DNA of 38,790 nucleotides from a virus. Below the pieces are notes generated by a model. That model was not told the DNA's origin. It did not search any database and saw only the letters and a list, made by a program, of their open reading frames with translations. The stretch lies in the IMG/VR virus record IMGVR_UViG_3300009964_000017; one strand, written 5' to 3'. How positions within the stretch are numbered: position 1 is the stretch's first letter; each line of letters begins with the position of its first letter. The position numbers were made by a program, and so were the translations under genes. This document shows, in pieces, positions 35,456 to 38,790 of this stretch.

Positions 35456-35998
35456 ATGGGGTCATTCACGCTACGTATCGACGCAACCGAAGCACAAAAA
35501 TACCGTGCCAACTATTGGGACTTCACATTAACAGGTGAACTCGTAGACAACGCACACCAAACCCAAAAAGCAAAAATTAATGCACGACTCACCATCGACC
35601 GTGACGACCCAACACCACGATACCTAGTCTCATGGGTGACAGTATCCCGCGATAAAAACCGTGAAGTACAGACAGTCCCCGGGCTACTCGCAGAATCACA
35701 AACAGCGCTCGGCAACCTCCTAAAAATCCGTGTCTGCTCCGCGCTCGGAGTGATGATTACCCCGCACTACTTCATCAACCCAGACATGGTAGACACAAGC
35801 TTCAGTGAATACCTAGAGGCACTACTCGAAGAAACAGATGAAGGGCTGGATACTGTCGTCCAGTTCAAAGAAAAATCTGACACCATGTCCCTATTCGCGG
35901 AAATAACCGAAGAAATGGGCACCATCGCCAACGAGTGGAAACACCGGTTTTCACAGTTTGCCAACAAGGTAGCTAACCAGGACGGAGAAGAAAAATGA
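35456..35998 (+). CDS. Hypothetical protein
   Basis: 180 aa, 4-nt overlap with rusA-like gene. Confidence 0.55.
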   Translation: MGSFTLRIDATEAQKYRANYWDFTLTGELVDNAHQTQKAKINARLTIDRDDPTPRYLVSWVTVSRDKNREVQTVPGLLAESQTALGNLLKIRVCSALGVMITPHYFINPDMVDTSFSEYLEALLEETDEGLDTVVQFKEKSDTMSLFAEITEEMGTIANEWKHRFSQFANKVANQDGEEK

Positions 35999-36483
35999 GG
36001 ATCGGAGCACCCATAGAAGTAGAAGTAACCCCAGAAGGCGAATTCGCAAAACTAATCTGGGAACGCTGGCTACCCCTCGGACAGAAAACATTCCTCTCCA
36101 CCAATAAACAATCAGCCTCGCACTGGACGACACGATCCAAAAACGCGAAAGCCTGGCGGCAAGCCGCAAACGACGACGCCAAACAGCAAGGCAACCCGCT
36201 ACCCACCGGGCTAGACTACGCAACCATAGACGCATGGGTCTACAAAAACAGGGCAGGCAGATACGACCCCGCAAACCTCTACCCCTGCCTAAAAGCAATC
36301 ATCGACGGGTACGTAGACGCCGGGCTAACCGAAGACGACAACTATAAGCACCTCGACGGCCCACACCTACACCACGGCGGATTCACCAAAGAAAACCCAG
36401 GAATCCTAATACGGATCACCTGGCAGAACCCCAACGAACGCCCAAAAACCCCGCAACCACACTCAACAATCAGCAAGGAATAA
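35995..36483 (+). CDS. RusA-like Holliday junction resolvase
   Basis: RAGRYDPANLYPCLKAIIDGYVDAGLTEDDNYKHLDG: D..N....K...D.....G...DD signature. Confidence 0.8.
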   Translation: MRIGAPIEVEVTPEGEFAKLIWERWLPLGQKTFLSTNKQSASHWTTRSKNAKAWRQAANDDAKQQGNPLPTGLDYATIDAWVYKNRAGRYDPANLYPCLKAIIDGYVDAGLTEDDNYKHLDGPHLHHGGFTKENPGILIRITWQNPNERPKTPQPHSTISKE

Positions 36484-36485
36484 CG

Positions 36486-37064
36486 ATGCAAAACCTAGAA
36501 ACACTCGTACACGAATTCACCAGAAGCCACCTCACCCGCTACCACACCCCAGGAAAGGACGAATACTACAAACAAATCTCCCTCCTAGAACAACTCGAAA
36601 ACCTCAAAACCGAACGCAGAACCACCTCAGGAGGCACAAGAGGCGGCGGGTCATGCATCCCCCTCAACCAGAATGCAACCCTAATCCAAGCAACCATCGA
36701 ACACACCATCCGGTACCAGCTCGGACGCATCAACCTTGACGCGCTACTACAGCCGCTACCTCAACGACTCGAAACCTGGGCAAACAGCATCGACGAAATA
36801 GAAGCGCGAGACACACTCACCCGCTGGAAAGAATCAATCCTCGCACTAACCGACGTGCTAGTCCCCATTGACGTGTACTGCCCCGCCTGCGGAATCCACA
36901 CCGTAAACATAACCAGCGACGGGGAAACCAGGCGGCAGAACGCGATCATCATCAACACCCGCACCGAAACAGCCTCTTGCCTCCACTGCCTCACCTCGTG
37001 GGTAGGTATGGAAACATGGGAGCCGCTAAAACAAGCCGCAGCACCAAGAAAGCAGGCAGCATAA
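36486..37064 (+). CDS. Hypothetical protein with C-terminal CxxC...CxxC zinc-binding motif
   Basis: YCPACGIHTVNI...ASCLHCLTSWVG. Confidence 0.6.
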   Translation: MQNLETLVHEFTRSHLTRYHTPGKDEYYKQISLLEQLENLKTERRTTSGGTRGGGSCIPLNQNATLIQATIEHTIRYQLGRINLDALLQPLPQRLETWANSIDEIEARDTLTRWKESILALTDVLVPIDVYCPACGIHTVNITSDGETRRQNAIIINTRTETASCLHCLTSWVGMETWEPLKQAAAPRKQAA

Positions 37065-37522
37065 TGCAACTCGATTCATGGAAAAAATACAACCCGCACC
37101 GAACGGATATTGTGGGTGCACCAATGAGCCCGTCCCAAATATCACCGCGTCTTGACGGGTCATCCATCTACAAATACGGGTGCTGGTGCAAATACTGCGA
37201 CTGGCAAAGCTGCTGGTACGGCACCTGGGAAGAAGCTATGCGTGCCGCCTCGCAGCACTGGGAAGAAGCTAGGTTATTCCAATGGCCCACTAAAAAGGAA
37301 CGTCACGTACTAGACACTGCGGGTATATTCGCCACACCAGAATCAACCAACGTGAACAACGACGCAATATCCCTCGAATGCCAGCAATGCGGGTGGGGGA
37401 AACTAACCGTATATGGTGCAGCCCTCGAACCAAAACTTTACGGGGCAAACCTCTATGGAGAAATCATATCTTCTCACCTTTGGGTGCGACACAGGGAAGA
37501 GTTGAACCTACCGCCCGTATAG
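37064..37522 (+). CDS. Hypothetical Cys/Trp-rich protein
   Basis: TAATG overlap start; YGCWCKYCDWQSCWYGTWEEAMRAASQHW...LECQQCGWGKLTVYG. Confidence 0.6.
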   Translation: MQLDSWKKYNPHRTDIVGAPMSPSQISPRLDGSSIYKYGCWCKYCDWQSCWYGTWEEAMRAASQHWEEARLFQWPTKKERHVLDTAGIFATPESTNVNNDAISLECQQCGWGKLTVYGAALEPKLYGANLYGEIISSHLWVRHREELNLPPV

Positions 37523-37530
37523 TATATAAT
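37502..37530 (+). promoter_or_regulatory. Near-consensus sigma70-type promoter
   Basis: TTGAAC (37502-37507) - 17 nt - TATAAT (37525-37530), overlapping the 3' end of the upstream CDS. Confidence 0.8.
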
Positions 37531-37536
37531 GGGTAC

Positions 37537-37657
37537 AGCGCATTTAGTGCGCCAAAAAACATGTAGATACTTTTGTCTTATCTGTCTCTGCATCATAAGG
37601 TTCTCATACAAAAATAGAAGTCACCTACAGCGCATATTAGGAGGCTTCTATTTTTTT
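37537..37657 (+). ncRNA. Candidate phage-encoded small noncoding RNA (about 120 nt)
   Basis: Bounded by the promoter above and an intrinsic terminator; its only ATG (37561) is followed immediately by TAG; 5' hairpin GCGCAT-tta-GTGCGC. Confidence 0.6.
37610..37657 (+). terminator. Intrinsic terminator of the candidate ncRNA
   Basis: AAAAATAGAAG (37610-37620)/CTTCTATTTTT (37645-37655) plus inner CCTA/TAGG, T7 tract. Confidence 0.85.
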
Positions 37658-37731
37658 GTATGCACATAAAAAGAACCACCGCCAAAAATCTGGGGAGAAT
37701 AACACAGGCGGCAAAGAATAGTTAGTCACAC

Positions 37732-37778
37732 GCACCACACACCCTGCCATATAAAACGTCGGCAAGGGTGTGTGGTGC
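37732..37778 (+). promoter_or_regulatory. Long GC-rich hairpin upstream of terS
   Basis: GCACCACACACCCT (37732-37745)/AGGGTGTGTGGTGC (37765-37778), extended by GCC/GGC with one bulged A; 12-nt loop; no T tract. Confidence 0.85.
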
Positions 37779-37834
37779 ACTAAAACCCTAGCACAAGCAG
37801 ACCACATGAAAGCCCGCGTGAAGGGAGGTACCGC

Positions 37835-38419
37835 ATGAAATCAGATAAGCCACGTTGCGGCGCGAAAACCCGCTCTGGCGGCACATGCCAAAAATTCCCG
37901 CTGCTAGGTGGTAAGCGTTGCGCTAAACACGGTGGTGGTGCCCCTCAGGTGCGCCGCAAAAACAAGCAGAGGCTAGAACGGTACGCTGTCGAAAAGAAAG
38001 TCGCACGTGAAGTCCAGGCGCTCAGTGTAGACGCCATAGACGGCGTGACTGACCCCCTGGCTGAGCTGCAGCGGCTCACCACCGAGGCGATCCACTTCAA
38101 AGACGCACTAGGCGGAATGGTAAACGACCTAGAAAAAGACATCTCAACATACAGCAGTGACGGTGTTGAGCATGCCCGCACCGTCATAGACCTTTACGGT
38201 GCCGCAATGGATCGCACCGCAAAATTCCTAGAAGTCGCCATGCGGCACGACATTGCAGGCAAACTAGCCGCAATCGAAGAAGCAAAAGCCGTCGCTGTTG
38301 GTGCAGTACTCATGCGCACACTCAACGCGCTAAACCTGCCACCAGAACAAATAGAGAAAGCACACAAAATCATGGTCGCCGAATTCCGCAAACAAGAGCT
38401 AGAAGCGGCAGACGAATAA
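37835..38419 (+). CDS. terS: Terminase small subunit
   Basis: CGAKTRSGGTCQKFPLLGGKRCAKHGGGAPQVRRKN motif common in actinophage small terminases; directly upstream of terL. Confidence 0.8.
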   Translation: MKSDKPRCGAKTRSGGTCQKFPLLGGKRCAKHGGGAPQVRRKNKQRLERYAVEKKVAREVQALSVDAIDGVTDPLAELQRLTTEAIHFKDALGGMVNDLEKDISTYSSDGVEHARTVIDLYGAAMDRTAKFLEVAMRHDIAGKLAAIEEAKAVAVGAVLMRTLNALNLPPEQIEKAHKIMVAEFRKQELEAADE

Positions 38420-38439
38420 CAAACAAATGGGTGGTTGGT

Positions 38440-38790
38440 ATGGGTAGCGGGTTCTGGGGGCACCTCGCAGACATATTCGCGCCACGCGAAACACCATACA
38501 AAACACCCGGCGAACTAGCCATAGACCTAGACCCGCAAACAGTGCAAACCCCCGCGCTAGACCTCATAGACCGCAAACTCGTTGAAGCGTTCAACACACC
38601 CGACTCACGCCTCATAATCTCCATGCCACCCCAAGAAGGGAAATCGCAAAGAGCATCACGCAGATTCGTAGAATGGGTGCTATCCCAACGACCAAACACC
38701 CGCGTCGTCATAGCCTCATACCAGAAAGAAATCGCCACCGAATGGGCTGGCACCATCCGCGACGACATCCGCATGCACTCAGACAAACTC
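38440..38790 (+). CDS. terL: Terminase large subunit (N-terminal part; continues at 2..1261, about 494 aa in total)
   Basis: MGSGFWGHLADIFAPRETPYKTPGELAIDLDPQ...LIISMPPQEGKSQRASRRFVEWVLSQRPNTRVV with Walker-A-like PPQEGKS. Confidence 0.92.
   Translation, partial: MGSGFWGHLADIFAPRETPYKTPGELAIDLDPQTVQTPALDLIDRKLVEAFNTPDSRLIISMPPQEGKSQRASRRFVEWVLSQRPNTRVVIASYQKEIATEWAGTIRDDIRMHSDKL
38664..38790. repeat. Copy of bases 1-127 (contig circularity)
   Basis: Exact identity with 1-127. Confidence 0.97.

Noticed and set aside
37378-37566. 62-aa ORF across the promoter/ncRNA region
   Set aside because: Overlaps the supported upstream CDS in another frame, ends just inside the ncRNA, lacks an SD and has random-looking composition.

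Overview
The window reads as one complete, circularly permuted temperate siphovirus genome from a high-GC Gram-positive (actinobacterial) host. Bases 1-127 are repeated exactly at 38664-38790, inside terL, so the unique genome is 38,663 bp. The repeat looks like an assembly k-mer overlap rather than a biological terminal repeat. Gene order is terS-terL-portal-MuF-protease/scaffold-decoration-capsid-connectors-tail tube-(+1 frameshifted) tail chaperones-tape measure-tail tip/fibre-lysis. A leftward lysogeny block follows (AlpA-like Xis, unknown, tyrosine integrase, HTH repressor). A rightward early/replication block follows that (Cro-like, zinc-ribbon protein, Cas4/RecB-like exonuclease, SSB-like, prim-pol/SF3 helicase, DUF3310, RusA). 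The most noteworthy findings are: (1) a candidate phage ncRNA of about 120 nt at 37537-37657, with a near-consensus sigma70 promoter, an intrinsic terminator and duplicated TACAGCGCAT elements; (2) an iteron-like GTGACACAA array (10 copies or cores in about 255 bp) next to the primase-helicase, a candidate replication origin or operator array; (3) a broken or -1-frameshifted ORF followed by a duplicated small-protein module; (4) a +1 tail-chaperone frameshift at CCC_CGA; (5) a nested in-frame scaffold start; (6) a receptor-binding protein with a spherulin-4/GH135-like glycosidase region paired with an SGNH-like hydrolase. I saw no CRISPR array, reverse transcriptase/DGR or recognisable defence system. 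All family assignments come from reading the protein sequences; no database search was run.
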